Part shown: positions 36,255 through 49,244 of the stretch, one piece after another | How the letters are laid out: the number at the start of each line of letters is the position of its first letter | How positions within the stretch are numbered: the stretch's first letter is position 1 | NCBI GenBank assembly: GCA_951406725.2 | Contig: OX597829.1 | Coordinates: 37,076,001-37,140,000 of the forward strand | DNA from: Octopus vulgaris | Lineage: Eukaryota | DNA length: 64,000 bases | Direction of reading: 5' to 3' | Notes under the pieces: generated by a model | What the model was told of the DNA's origin: nothing | Database searches by the model: none | The model's input: only the letters and a program-made list of their open reading frames with translations | Position numbers and translations under genes: made by a program

Positions 36255-38684
36255 CTTAAATCCTTTAAAATGTTTTAGCCCGAAGGCCGTGGCCATGCTG
36301 GGGCACCACCGCTGAATGAGCTACACTAATATATGAATCCACCTCTGATACGTGACACTTGATCAACAAGGGAGTTCGATGCTGCTGCCCGCATCTGCGT
36401 CTCCTGTCATGAGGTAGGTTCATCTGGGACTCCCGACAAGAAGAGATCCAGTTTAGTTTTAAAGAAACTCACATCCACACCATGTAAGTCTCTTAGGCAT
36501 TTAAGGAGGATGTTAAAGAGCTGTGGTCCTCTGAAACCCAAGCTGTTGCAGTATCTGGTCCTGTATTTTGATGGTGATGTTGGAATCTTTGGCACCATGC
36601 AGTGGCGCCCCGTTCTGCGATTGGGGTAACTTTGAATGCCAAAGTTTGGGACAAGACCCTCCAGGATTTTCCAGATGTATATCACCGCATATCTCTCCCG
36701 CCTCCGCTCTAGGGAGAAGAGGTTTAATACTTTGTCTTTCCCAGTAGCTGATATTTTGCATTGAGACGATCTTCTTTGTGTAGCTTCTCTGAATTGCTTC
36801 GAGTTCTGCTGTTAGTTTTATATTGGGTGGTGACCATAGTTGGGAGCAGTAGTCCAAGCGGCTGAGGACGAATGTTTTCCAGAGGACCATCAGTGTCTCC
36901 TTCTCTCTTGTTCTGAAAGTTCGGAGAATCCATCCAGCTAGCCATCTGCATTTTATCACCAGATTAGTAATATGCACTTGGAAAGATGCATCATTGCTCA
37001 TGTCAATGCCTAGGTCACACACTGATTTTGACTCAGGGATTGCAATTCTTCCTGGGCCAGTGTATCCAGTCTGCATGTCGTTTACCTTTGTGTGCCGGTA
37101 GCGCAGGGCCTGGAACTTACCTGCATTAAGCTGCATGTTGTTGTCCTCCACCCACCTATATATTTTATCCAACTCCTGTTGCAGATGCGCAATATTTTCA
37201 GGGTTTTGTATTGTGTGGGAGACTTTTGTGTCATCTGCATAGCTAGCAAGGGTGGCCATCGTAGCAACTGAAGGCATGTCTGAAAGGGCCCCTATGAACA
37301 GCAGTGGCCCCAAGACAGTGCCCTGTGGAACACCGCTTGTTATTTGTGTTTCCTTGGAGGTGGCTCCATTGCTCACAACTGCCTGTCTTCTGTCTTTTAA
37401 GAAGTTGTGCAGCCACTCTCCAAGTTTTCCGCCTATGCCGAGACCACGCAGTTTGTGACAGATCATACCATGGTCGACTTTATCAAAGGCTTTTGCAAAG
37501 TCGAGATATATTACATCCACATTTGAGCCATTTAGTAGCTGTTTTAACACCCAGTCATAGTGTTGCAGGTGCTGTGTTAGGCAGCTTCTACCTGGTCGAA
37601 ATCCATGCTGGGTGTCAGACAGCAAGTCATTTTCTTCAAGGAACATGATTAGTTTCTTGTGGACTATTCATTCCATGACTTTGCTGATGTGTGAGGTCAG
37701 AGAGATAGGCCTATAATTTTTAGCATCTGCTCTGCTACCTCCCTTATGGATAGGACATATTACCCCCTCTTTCAATTTGGCTGGGAGCTTACCACTTGCA
37801 AGGAAGCTCTGAAAAAGTAGCTGTAGCGGTTTTGCAAGGGCTCGTTTGCATGATTTGAGAAGGATCGCTGGAAATCCATCAGGTCCAGCAGTTGAGTTTG
37901 TGTTAATCTCATCTATGGCTAGTGTGATATCATCATCTTCAATGTTGATGTACTCAATTTTTGCCTCTTTGGCCACAGGTAAAGTGGCAAAGAATTCGTC
38001 TGGGTTGTTTACTTGCCTGTGTCCCAGAGGTGTAGTGAACACACTTTGGAATTGTTCGTTCAGTATTTCACTTATCCTTGTGGGATTTCCTGTGAGAGAA
38101 CTATCTTTTTGGAAGAGAGGTCCTATTCTCTGGTGCACTCTGGCTGTCTCTTTGGCAAACTTAAAGAAAGCTTTAGGGTTTGATTTTATATTTTCTATTA
38201 CCCAAACTTCTTTATCTGCTCTCTCCTTTTCATGGGATTGATGCAGACTTTTCTCAATTTCCATTAGCATTCTCTCAATCCGAGACTTCTCACCACTTTT
38301 GGTGTGCTTGCTCAGGCGGTTCGCAATCCTTGTCCGTCGTCTCATAAGAATCCTCCTTTCTCTAGGGATCCTGTTTTTGTTTTTGTGTGTGCTGGCCCTG
38401 TACACTGGGACATATTTGTCACATATGGCTTGTATTATGGACATGAAGTGTTTGTGTTTCATGTTAATGTCCGGTGTGGAGAGACATTTAGGCCAATCCT
38501 GTTTGAGGATCTCTTTCTCAATCAACTTCCAGTTTGCTTTATGAAAGTTTAAGTTGGAGAGATGGTGGATGCTTCGTATAGGCTGTGTGTCTACGGGGGC
38601 TTTTGGTCCATACATAGACAGCTCTATTATGTTGTGATCCGAGATCATTGTCGGCATCACTTTAACATTATGGATAATATCCAT
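36255..38684 (-). mobile_element. 5'-truncated CR1-clade LINE ORF2 + 3' UTR, relatively young, inserted in the Penelope ORF
   Basis: ISDHN (APE end), NYRPISLTS, QHGFRPGRS, YLDFAKAFDKV, GVPQGTVLGP, YADDTK, RLDYCSQLW; one apparent CGA->TGA stop at 37668 and one frameshift near 36735; candidate TSD attgtt at 36249-36254 and 38685-38690. Confidence 0.93.
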
Positions 38685-38690
38685 ATTGTT

Positions 38691-39420
38691 TGTGAATAGT
38701 AGGTAGTATCTTGTAAAAGGTGAGATACAGAGTAGTTATACTGTTCAGTATCCATAATGATGACAGTACTACCCTTATCTGCTTCCTTGATTGTGATGTC
38801 ATAATTGTTTCGTAACTCATAGATGATTTCCCATCCCCTTTTACTAGTATTGGGTTTGGGTTTAGGTTGTGGAAGTTCACTATAAGGAAAGATTGAAATG
38901 TAGTCACAAAATTTGTCCAAAGTTTTGTTTCTGCCTTTTGTTACGAACCATTGATTTGTCGTTATTGATTTCTTTGTCAAAAAATTCCTCTGTGAGGCAT
39001 AATTTTCTGCAAAAGTGTGAGATATCCTGTATTTCACTCAGGTTAGGGTATTGTGGAGTTGGACAACCAGTACTTAACACAACAAAGCTTATACAAAGCT
39101 TTACATTTTTCTTTTGACAATCTTTTTCTAAAAAAGTGAAACCGGTCAAGTGAATAAACATCTTTGAAATTGCATTTTCAAACCTTCTTTCATATATATA
39201 TATATATATATCCTTCTTTCTTTGTAACTGTTTTCTAACTTGTATCTATTCCTTTTTTGATTTAGCCATTCCTACTCTGTTTTATTTTTTCCTCTCGACC
39301 ATTCTTTGTCTTTCTCTCAACCCACTGTTTCCCTTTTTCTTCTCTCACAGGAGACTATCTATTCTTTTGGTCCATTGCCTTATTTTTTTTTTCAGCTTCT
39401 GATTTGTCTAAATTTTAAAA
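38691..39420 (-). mobile_element. Penelope-like element, 5' part
   Basis: DISHFCRKLCLTEEF and ELRNNYDITIKEADKGSTVIIMD (PLE ADKG motif). Confidence 0.85.
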
Positions 39421-39915
39421 TTTATTTCCAGCTCATGGTTTGCATGTTTAAAATCATTTATATCATTTTCCTACATATATTTTTCTAAGTCCAAAAGTAT
39501 CACTTTCTTTTCTATTAACATTACTTTAGCATGTCTTAATTCTGTTCTTTTATGTATATAAATATTTGTGTCATTTATTATATATTTTCTTTTTCATTAC
39601 TATCTTTGATTTTACTTTTAGAGATATTTCCCTCATAACTCATCCTTTCTACCACTTGTTCTAGAAGCTTCATCTTTTTTTTTTTTAACTTGTCTTTATT
39701 TATTCTTGTTTATACTTGTCTTTTGTATTCATTCATTTATACCCCAGCATCTTATGTTGCTGACATCACCAAATTGAACAATATTATCAGGTGTTGAGAT
39801 CATGATGGTTTTTAATCAATAACTGGGGAGTGGTAAAGGGTGTTCATGTCCATTGTATTTTTACTTTTTTCTGTTTGATTTTTTGTTGTTCTCATGTACC
39901 ACATTTTATTATATA

Positions 39916-41060
39916 CTAGCTAAATAGCCCGTCGTTGCCAGGCAATTTTTACAATAGAATGTCTTATATAAATATTTATTTATTCCATGTCAGAGCATGC
40001 CTTCCTTGAAAGATAGGCCTCTTAATCAGGACAAATTTGTGTAATTTTTCGCCAAAAATCATCATTGAGGATTTTTTCCATTTTAAATTATTTAGATATC
40101 CGTTTGACCTTTTCACATGACTTCATTCTTTAAAACTTTAGAGGTTCTTACAACTTTGGTTGTTGTAATGCTTTGCTTTCATTTGTTTAATAAAAATTCT
40201 TCCTAATGATTTTGCTTTCATTTTGTGATAGACAGCTATCATGCTGAAAATGCCAGCTATCATGTAGAAAATGCCAGCTTCCAAATCCTGTTTTCTGATT
40301 AGGTAAAATTGATTACTTTAAACCTCAGTAACATTTTTCTGTAACTTTTCTGAAACAAATAAATAACAAGATCGGATTTAATGTGGAAAATTATTTCAAT
40401 ATACCAAGTTTGAAAATTTTGACATAATTTTAAAATCTCAGAATACATGACAACAACAGGGAAGGCCCTCCAAAAGTAGGGGGGGCATCTCTCTCTCACA
40501 CACACACACACATGCACATTTGTACACAGGTAATCATGAGTTTAAAATGGTGTATAGTAAATGTGTGTATGTATGTACATATGTATATATATTATATATA
40601 TGTATGTGAGTGTTTCTTTGCAATGGACAGCAGAAAAGCCACCTACCCTCTCTCTCATTAAAGTTATGTATTCCTCACACACACCCCTTTCTCTGTGTGT
40701 GTTTGTGTTGTATCTATGTATTTACGAAAGTATGTAAGCAGCATCATGAGTATATAACAGCTGTAGTAACATTACTATCCCATTGCTACTGCTGTTCTCG
40801 CCTTCACTGATATGTCACCCTCTCTCTGTTACTACCTTACCCTCAGACTAATACTTTTTGCAATCTTCTTATTTTATCATGTAACTTGCCCAACGTCCTT
40901 GGGGGCACATAGATTTTTATTGAAATCTAATTAGCCTATTATTGAACTGGATGTTGGTGTAACATGTATGCAAAGTTTCATGAATATTGGTTTGCTGGTT
41001 TAGGCACTAAGATAGTAACAGATAGACAGACAGACGGAAATTGCCATTTATATATATACA
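39916..41060 (-). mobile_element. Non-autonomous Helitron-like element
   Basis: Minus strand starts TATATATAAATGGCAATTTCCGTCTGTCTGTC and ends gcctggcaacgacgggc hairpin + CTAG. Confidence 0.7.
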
Positions 41061-42107
41061 TTATCATTTAATGTTCACGTTTCATGTTGGTATGGGTTAG
41101 ATGGTTTGACAAGGATCCATTGAGTTGAAGGACTGCATCATGTTCCAGTGTCTACTTTGGTATGGTTTCTATAGCTGGATAATCTTCCTAATTGTCAACC
41201 ACTTTTTTTGTGTATACTGGGTAATTTGTTCATGCCACCAGAACTATTGAAATCACTATGTAGCTTGCAGGTCTACAAATCCAGGGAGGTGGGGTGCTTC
41301 TTTATGTTATATGGAAATTAAGGTATGACAGAAGAGGCTGGAGTAGAACTGGTTATTGTTGTAGAGGAGCTACATGGCAACTCATATTTAGGAGAGAGAG
41401 AGTGAGAATGAATTGGTGGCATCTCAAAAGGGTTAGATTGTGGTGGTAAGAGGGGTAGTAGTGGATGGGGTTTCGCAAGAGTTTGTGATGAAAGAGATAA
41501 GGGAAGGTGGGGTTGGCAATATCTTTGATTGGGAACAGTTGAGGGGAGGCTAGAGAGATGCTAGTAGCAAAGAAGTAATGATGTTACCATAGACAGGGGA
41601 AGAAGAGAGATGATAAGTTCGGGTAGACTGCAGGAGTGGAATAGAGCGATAAACTGACATAGTGCACAAGGTCAAAAAAAGTCTCTGTGTGGTGGTGGTG
41701 GTGGTGGGGGGGACATTGTAACATATGGGTGTGGAGAACAATATTAATGGATGAAGAATGGCTGACAAAGGAGTTGGTTCTGAGTAGCAAGAGACAAAAT
41801 TGCTATGGGGAAGGGGAAAGAGCTCTGGTGGGAGAGAGATGTGTGTGTATGTATGTATATATATGTGTATATATATGGTCAATTTTGTCAATCTCATATT
41901 TAAATGAGCATCAGCTTATGGCATTGATATTCCTGATAATTTCAGATAAGCACTTATTTAGCTTTAGTTAATTTGAATGTATTCTCATTGATTATGTATC
42001 TTTATTACATAATTATAGAATTAATTACGTTTATTTTAATGAAACAGCTGATGAAAGTCATTAAATTATGATTTATCTGTGAAATTTGTATTTCTCTGTC
42101 TTTTCTA

Positions 42108-44405
42108 CATCATCATCATTTAACATTCTTTTTTCCATGCTGGCATGGGTTGGACGGTTTGACAAGAACAGACAAGCCAGAGGGCTTCACATGGTCTCTA
42201 CAGCTGGATGCCCTTCCTAATACCAACTACTTAACAGAGTGTATTTGGTGCTTTTTATGTGGTACCAGCACCAGGGAAGCTATCAAGTACCTGCAAGGTA
42301 AGACCCCTCAACTGAGTGGGGTATAGGCTGGAGGGATAAGAAACTATGATAGAGGGAGAGGAGCAGGTGTTGTACTGAAGAGGTAAATACATGGCTTCCT
42401 TATTTGGAGAGAGAGAGAGGCGGGGCTAGAGAGGTTAGGATCTGGGTACAATGTGAATATGAGATACTAGAATAAAAATGGAGAAAATGTGGATGTGTAG
42501 ATAAGTGCACTGAGTGAAAATAGTGTGACATGATTTGTGATAGGAAATGAGTTGGGTATGTGTTGTGGAGGAAGGCTTGACAGAGATGAATGGGTCTTCT
42601 CAAGTACAGCAAACCGCCATTCATCACAGTCTCATCATCTCCTCTGAGAGGCTCAGTATCTTAAAGTCCGTCTTCACTGCTTTGTCCCACATCGTCTAAG
42701 GTCTACCTTTTCCAAATTTTCCTTCCACATTTAGTGATTAGTCACTTCTTTATACAGCTGTACTTATCCATCCACATCACATGACCATACCAGTGCCGTC
42801 TTCTCACTTGCATACTACATCTGATACCTCTTATGCCCAATTTTTCTCTGTATATGCACACTGACGTTGCACATCCATCAGAGCATACTTGTTTCATTTT
42901 GTTCAAGACTTTGCAAGTCCTATGCATTCACAGCCCAAGTTTCACAGCCATATAGCATTGCTGTTTATATACAGGTATCACAAAGCTGTCTTTCATTCTG
43001 TAAGAGAGACCTTTTGTTGCTATCAGCAATAAAGGCTCTCTGAATTTTCTCCAGCCAATTCGTATTGTAACAACTATTCTTTCAGAGTATCCTCTGCCAC
43101 TGCTAATTAGGCCGTCTAGGTAATAGAAATTATCTAGCACTTCTAGGGAGCCTCCTGGGCATTTCAAAATGTATGCTTCTATTATTTATTGTTCCTGCAC
43201 ATCTGCCACAGACAAATTCCACTTTCTCTGTTAACTTTCCTGTGATTCCATTGCACCTCTTATGTGTCCATAGTCTGCACTGAGCACATCATATAAAATC
43301 TTGACCTACACTTTGTCTACAAAGGGAACAACGCTATTTACCTGAAGGGATTAGCATTCTGTCTATTTTCCTACTAATCAGAATGTTAGTCTTTGTTAAG
43401 TTAGCTTCAAGACCTCTTGATTCCAGATTTTGTTTCCATACTTAGAATTTGAATTCTAATCCTTCTACACTTTCAGCTAAGTACAAAGTTATCAGCATAG
43501 AGGAGTTCCGATGTATAACTGATTGTAAATTTCTCTGTTATACTCTGGAGGACTATGATAAATAAAAGAGATTGATAACTAGACAGTGATAAACTCTTAC
43601 CTTCATTCTTAATTCATTGCTGTACACTTTAGCTCTCACTTTCCTAATGGCATTCCTGCTATACATGATTTGAATGGCTCTCAGTAGCTACTCATCTACT
43701 CCTAGGCTATTGTAGCTACTATCAGATGAAAGATCGACACTCTCTATCAAATCACCATCATCATTGTTCGACCGTGGTTGAGACAATGGAATTTACCATG
43801 CTACGCCAGACTTCACGGTCCATCATAGCATTACGGAGGTCCTGTTGCTGGATGCCTGTATCCCTGGAGATTACATCAGGGTAGAAGAGTGTGTGCCCTC
43901 TGGTATCGCGAGTAGATGGCTTCCAGAGAAGAGTAGAAATTGCCTCGTTTTCAGCTCTACAACAATGTCCAGCAAACTGGACTCTCCTACCTTTCACAAA
44001 GGCTTTCTCCAAGTCAGCAGATGCTAAGTATAGTGGCTTACTTTTTAGTAAATACTTCTCCTGTAATTGACAAACTATAATATAATGAGAGCATCATTAT
44101 CATTAGTGCTTCTTCCTAGCACAAAAACCAAACTGCATCTTATCTAGGTTAACTCCCTTTCCAATTAATTTTGTTATAACTCTCAGTGATTTTCATAATA
44201 TGGTCCAGTAAGTTGGTACCTCTGTAATAACTCTTTCTTTGTTGATTATGATTCTGCTACACTAGGCATTAGGTATAATCTCTTCCTGTACAACCTGATT
44301 AACAATGCAAGTGATGTGGCCATATCTTAGACTGCTAGGTATTTTAAGCATTTCATAAGTAATTCCTAATGGACCAGAGGCTTTCCTAGTCTTCATTATC
44401 TTAAT
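42108..44405 (-). mobile_element. Decayed RTE LINE (RT with PHD insert, 3' UTR)
   Basis: MKTRKASGPLGIT, ELLYADN, CSLC..CAQC..HKRC..CGRC, NFYYLDGLISSGRG, RRRHWYGHV. Confidence 0.85.
43755..44000 (-). mobile_element. 3' end of a second RTE-type LINE family (copy also at 51970-52137)
   Basis: RRVQFAGHCCRAENE..LLWKPS..YPDVISRDTG..LRNAMMDREVWR + tga repeat tail. Confidence 0.75.
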
Positions 44406-45329
44406 TACTCTCTCTCTCTCTTTCTCTCTCTCTCTTTCTCTCTCTCTCTTTATGTGTGTGTGTGTGTACTAGAGCAGGGGGTGGAGTTCAGAAAATAATT
44501 AATTGATAATAATTAATATTGAAGTGGGATCATGAGATGGGTGTTAAAAAAAAATGAGATGAAAAATAAGTGATATTAAAATAAATAGAATATTTAATAA
44601 TTAATAAACAGCTTACAGGTAAATAGGTAAAAATCATATACATAAATACATGCACTCAAGGTTCTTTTTTTGATCATGTAATATTTATATTTATATATAC
44701 CTTACTGGTAATTTTCAAACCCTCCCAAACACCCAGCTGGTAATGAATATTTACACTGTTATGTTATGAACATCAACCATCCAATCAAACTTAAATGTTT
44801 ATTCATGTATTTGAATTACATTACATCACAATTATTACATGCACCATCACAATTTTAATTTGGTTTTCATCACAACTGTCCAGTGAATTGGAATGTGAAA
44901 CTCCGAGTGACAGTTTTTGTGATAATTTTGCAGCTTTAATAAAAGTGTGTATGTATGTATATATACAGTCCCACTGCATGTATATGTAAATCTATATATG
45001 TATTAATGTGTATGTGTCTTTGCATCCGTGTTTGTCCCCCATTCCCACTTAATAACAAGTGGTGTGTTTACTTAGAGGATCAGCAAAAGTTACTGATAGA
45101 ATAAATGTACCAGGCTTAAAAATAAATAAGCACTGGGGTTGATTTGGTGGACTAAAATTCAAGGTAGTGTCCCAGTCTAACGAGTGAAACAAGTAAAAGA
45201 TAAAAAATATCTGTATAATTTATATATGTAATTTATGAATATGTGCACACACACACACACACACAATAGGGGAGGGGTGAACCAGATTACCTCTCCTTTT
45301 GTTCCTCTTTGGGTGCAGAGGTGGAGGTT

Positions 45330-46110
45330 GGTGATCCTCCATATGCTAATTTCTCAGGAAATTCACACCTTGCCATTGTATATTTGTAGTGGTGGTGAGG
45401 GATTCTATTGAATATCTCCCTCTCTGCTGGAAGCTTAGATATTTTTCTGCTGAAGCTTAAAACTAGGTTTCTAATTACAACTGGGGGTGTGGATGGTTAA
45501 AGCTTCTGTAGATGTATACAGTTTCCTCATTGAGCTTCCTGTAAAGGTAGTACTTGTCCATTTTCAGGTCTAGGGTCATATCTAGAATGTCAGCCATGGT
45601 CAAGTTGGTGGTATCTGTTATGACAAGCCAAATTCTTTGAATATTTTTATCAGAGCCATTCATATGATTTGAGAAATTCAGGCTGTCATCCCTGTAAATG
45701 GGCCAACTTGTGTGTTTGTGTGCATTTCTTGAAGGTATCCAAGAGAAATAACATGATAAGGGTACCGATCTAACCCTGTAGCTCCCCATAGAAATGTTGA
45801 ACAGTATATCACCTTTCTTCATCCAAAAGGAATCATTGAGAACCAAAATTGACTTTCTGATGCCCATGATGATTCTGACATCAAGGTTGCTTATACTGGT
45901 AAATTGCCTAGCAAAATCTAGGTCTGTCAGGAAAAATATAGAAGGGTACAAGTCCACAATGTCGAACTGTGTGAATTTGCAGGTTTATTTATTTATTTTT
46001 GATTCCATGGAATTAGTCAATCAGAACTGTGGTGGAATCCCATTAATATGGGCCCTTCTAATATCTGACTGGATAGTATCAAGAATGCACTTACTGACAA
46101 TGCCTATCTT
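45330..46110 (-). mobile_element. Decayed Penelope-like RT
   Basis: QFDIVDLYPSI..FNISMGSY..IYRDD..DILDMTLDL..YIYRSFNHPH. Confidence 0.8.
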
Positions 46111-46155
46111 TCTTATATATATGTGTGTGTGTATATGTATATATATATGTGTGTG

Positions 46156-46227
<72 letters not shown>

Positions 46228-46323
46228 TAAATTTCAAATGAGCAGAAAATGGAGAAAACTTTTGATCAACAAGCAAATTGACTACCATCGTTGAAATATT
46301 TATTAATACAAAGCTTTGAACAT

Positions 46324-46442
46324 TGCTTCCAGCTGGTTCAGACTCCAATGTCAGTCAGTGCTGCCAAAGGAAATTATGAAAATGATAATATTCATCATCT
46401 TTATAACACATCCAGTCTAGTACATAGAGCTTCATCAGAGTG
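46324..46442 (-). ncRNA. Highly degenerate hammerhead-like motif upstream of the PLE RT
   Basis: CACU CUGAUGA AGCUCU..GGAGUCU GAAC CAGCUG GA AGCA; CUGAUGA intact, GAAA and cleavage triplet altered. Confidence 0.35.
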
Positions 46443-47017
46443 AATACAAATGCATAAAATAAAAGAAGAGGGAAGAGGAAAGCACGGTGCCTTGAGATGA
46501 GGAAAGAAGGCTTAATAAACTAGCAAATAAATTAGAAAAATAATTGGTGGTTAATCTTTCTTTAGGAGTACCAGGGTGTGTAAATAATGAAATAAAACTG
46601 GTTCTTAAGTAAAATTGACCAAAGTCCAGCCATCTCTGTAATTAGTCAGTTAAATTTAAAACCAAGAGCAATCTAAAACCATTATGGAGTAGATGTAAAG
46701 AAGTAAATGTATATATATATCTTAATAATGCTAAAACTCTAGAGATGTTTGTGTGTACCAGAAATATCTCAGAAATAATATATTTTATCTTAATTTTTTT
46801 TTTTGGCATATTTATTTTCATACCTTCAGCAGTGCAGTACAAATTTTTGTGATATTTGGACCTCTATTAGTGAAAACGATTAAACACAATTTTTGTTTGT
46901 TATTTCTTGACGAAAAGAACATGGCTTCCGTGATGTCAGTACACATACACAAATATAATGATTGTCATGGCATGTTAATCAACACAAACACATGGCTGCT
47001 ATCTGTGACATATTATG

Positions 47018-47395
47018 GCACTCCATTGGTTACAACGATGAGGGCTCCAGTTGATCCGATCAACAGAACAGCCTGCTCATGAAATTACTGTGGCTGAGCA
47101 CTCCACAGACATGTGTAACCTTAAAGTAGTTCTGGGGGAAATTCAGTGACACAGACTGTGACAAAGCTGGCCCTTTGAAATACAGGTACAACAGAAACAG
47201 GAAGAAAGGGTGAGAGAAAGTTGTGGTAAAAGCGTACAGTAGGGTTTGCCACCATCCCCTGCCGGAGCCTCGTGGAGCTTTTACGAGTAGGTGTTTTTCA
47301 CTCAATAAACACTCACAACGCCCAGTCTGGGAATTAAAACTGTCATCCTACAACCACGAGTCCACTGCTCTAACCACTGGTCCTTTGCACCTCCA
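47018..47395 (-). mobile_element. tRNA-headed SINE, third family (decayed piece also at 16240-16345 +)
   Basis: Minus-strand head ggaccagtggttagagcagtggactcg..ttaattccca; body gtctgtggagtgctcagccac. Confidence 0.65.
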
Positions 47396-47649
47396 TATCT
47401 ATGACATATTCACACACATAGCCTTCGTGCTCTCTAAGAAGGAAAAAAAACATTGACTTTTTGAAGTACACAATATTTTATTGATTTAGAAATATTTATA
47501 ACTGAATGTGATTTCAAAAATGTAAGTTGTTTGTACAGTAAGTATCATATTTTAGTTTTCTTTAAATAGACAATATTTTAATGTTTTTTTTTAAAAATTA
47601 TTTTCAAGTGAGTTCGTTAATTTCTGTAAAAATTTTTTATTTATTTACT

Positions 47650-48157
47650 TTTAGAAAATTACTATTTTTAAGTCTCGCAACATGAGATATTCAGCATTGT
47701 AGTAAAGACTGTTTGCCAACAAAGCATGGCATTACTGGTTTAGGACTAATGTTGCTGTAATTTAGCCCCAGGAGACATCGTCTCCAGCTGGCTATATGAC
47801 ATGATCTGTGCCCTTATATTTTCAAACAAGAGAATCTAGCACCCGCACTCAGCTCAAAACCATATCTGTGTATTGAGATTTCTAGGTTATTTCTCTTCAT
47901 CAGCACAGAATAATTGCTCAGCTAGAGGTGGCTCTGCCAAATTCTCATTTGAATTCCTGTTATATTGGCAAGCAATCTTTTCTATTAAGTACTGTTGCTG
48001 AATGTCTCATGTTGTGAGATTTAAAAATAGTAATTTTCTAATTTATAAATCAGTGACTAGTTGTCACTTTGAAAACTATATATTTCGAACAGGAATTTGG
48101 CAGCGCCACCTCTAGCTGAGCAATTATTCTGTGCTGATAAAGGGAAATAACCCAGAA

Positions 48158-48160
<3 letters not shown>
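47650..48160. mobile_element. PLE-type pLTR rearrangement: two interleaved inverted-repeat pairs with hammerheads
   Basis: 47650-47720 pairs with 47966-48041; 47877-47945 pairs with 48093-48160. Confidence 0.75.
47865..47909 (-). ncRNA. Type I hammerhead motif (core intact, stem II weakened)
   Basis: UCUGUG CUGAUGA AGAG-AAAUAA-CCUA GAAA U-CUCA-A UA CACAGA; 6-bp stem I, AUA triplet. The inverted copy at 48128-48160 has a better stem II (GGG/CCC) but CUGAUAA and is truncated. Confidence 0.65.
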
Positions 48161-48191
<31 letters not shown>

Positions 48192-48197
48192 ATATAT

Positions 48198-48232
<35 letters not shown>

Positions 48233-48317
48233 TCATCATCATTTAATGTCCTGTTTATGTATTTGTTTATTTATATTTAAAATATGTATTATATGGATGT
48301 GTGTGCATGTGTGTAGG

Positions 48318-48690
48318 ATGTACCCCTTTGAGAAAACCACATGTACCAATGAGAACTGCATGGCATGTAAGATTAACCCTGGCATTAACTGTAGAATTAG
48401 AAATGTAGTTTACAGCATAAGGTGCATAGAGGGTGCTTGCAAAGACAAGAATGTAATATACATAGGTGAAACATCTAGAAGCATTGCAGAGAGACTAAAT
48501 GACATTTGAGACAATGTGATAACAGAAAACAGTTCTTCATACTCTACTAACATCTCAAAGACCAACATAGAGGCACACTGGGTTGATTTGACACCCACAT
48601 TTTATCCAAGTACCTGAAGACAAGTACAAGAGTATGTCTTCATTAATGAAACATCCCCAGTACTAAATAGGAGATATATGTAGAAGGTAG
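48318..48690 (+). mobile_element. Penelope GIY-YIG endonuclease remnant
   Basis: CTNENCMAC..CRIRNVVYSIRC..C..IYIGETSRSIAERL. Confidence 0.8.
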
Positions 48691-48714
48691 TGATACCCCA
48701 ATACCTACAGTTTA

Positions 48715-48913
48715 TACACACGCAGGTAGATTTGTTTGTAGGCTGTTATGTAGACACACACACACACATATATATATAGATATATGTATATAAGTAGGCA
48801 AATGGATATGTAAGTAAACAGATAGATAAGTAGATAGATACATAGGTAATAAGGACAGGCAAGCACACATGCATACATACATACACACACAAAAGAAGAC
48901 TGAAACACATGGC

Positions 48914-48947
<34 letters not shown>

Positions 48948-49205
48948 AGGATACATATGGAGGCACACGTCTATACATAACAGACACACATACATAGTCA
49001 CACCAACCCATACACATAAACACACTCAAACATGCACACACAAGGAGACGGGTACACACACACACACACGCAAACATGAACACAAACATGAATATGCAGA
49101 ATACATACATACAAACGTACACACATGCATATATGCCTACACGCATATACATTCCTAGATACATACTAATAAGCATACTACTAGAAATACTAACAAGCAC
49201 ACATA
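48715..49205. repeat. CA/TA-rich low-complexity tract
   Basis: Direct read. Confidence 0.85.
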
Positions 49206-49244
49206 ATTTTTACATAAACAGTGATGTAGACATCTTTACCTAAA

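Noticed and set aside
48705-49200. Cys/Val-rich minus-strand ORFs
   Set aside because: Translations of CA/TG low-complexity DNA.
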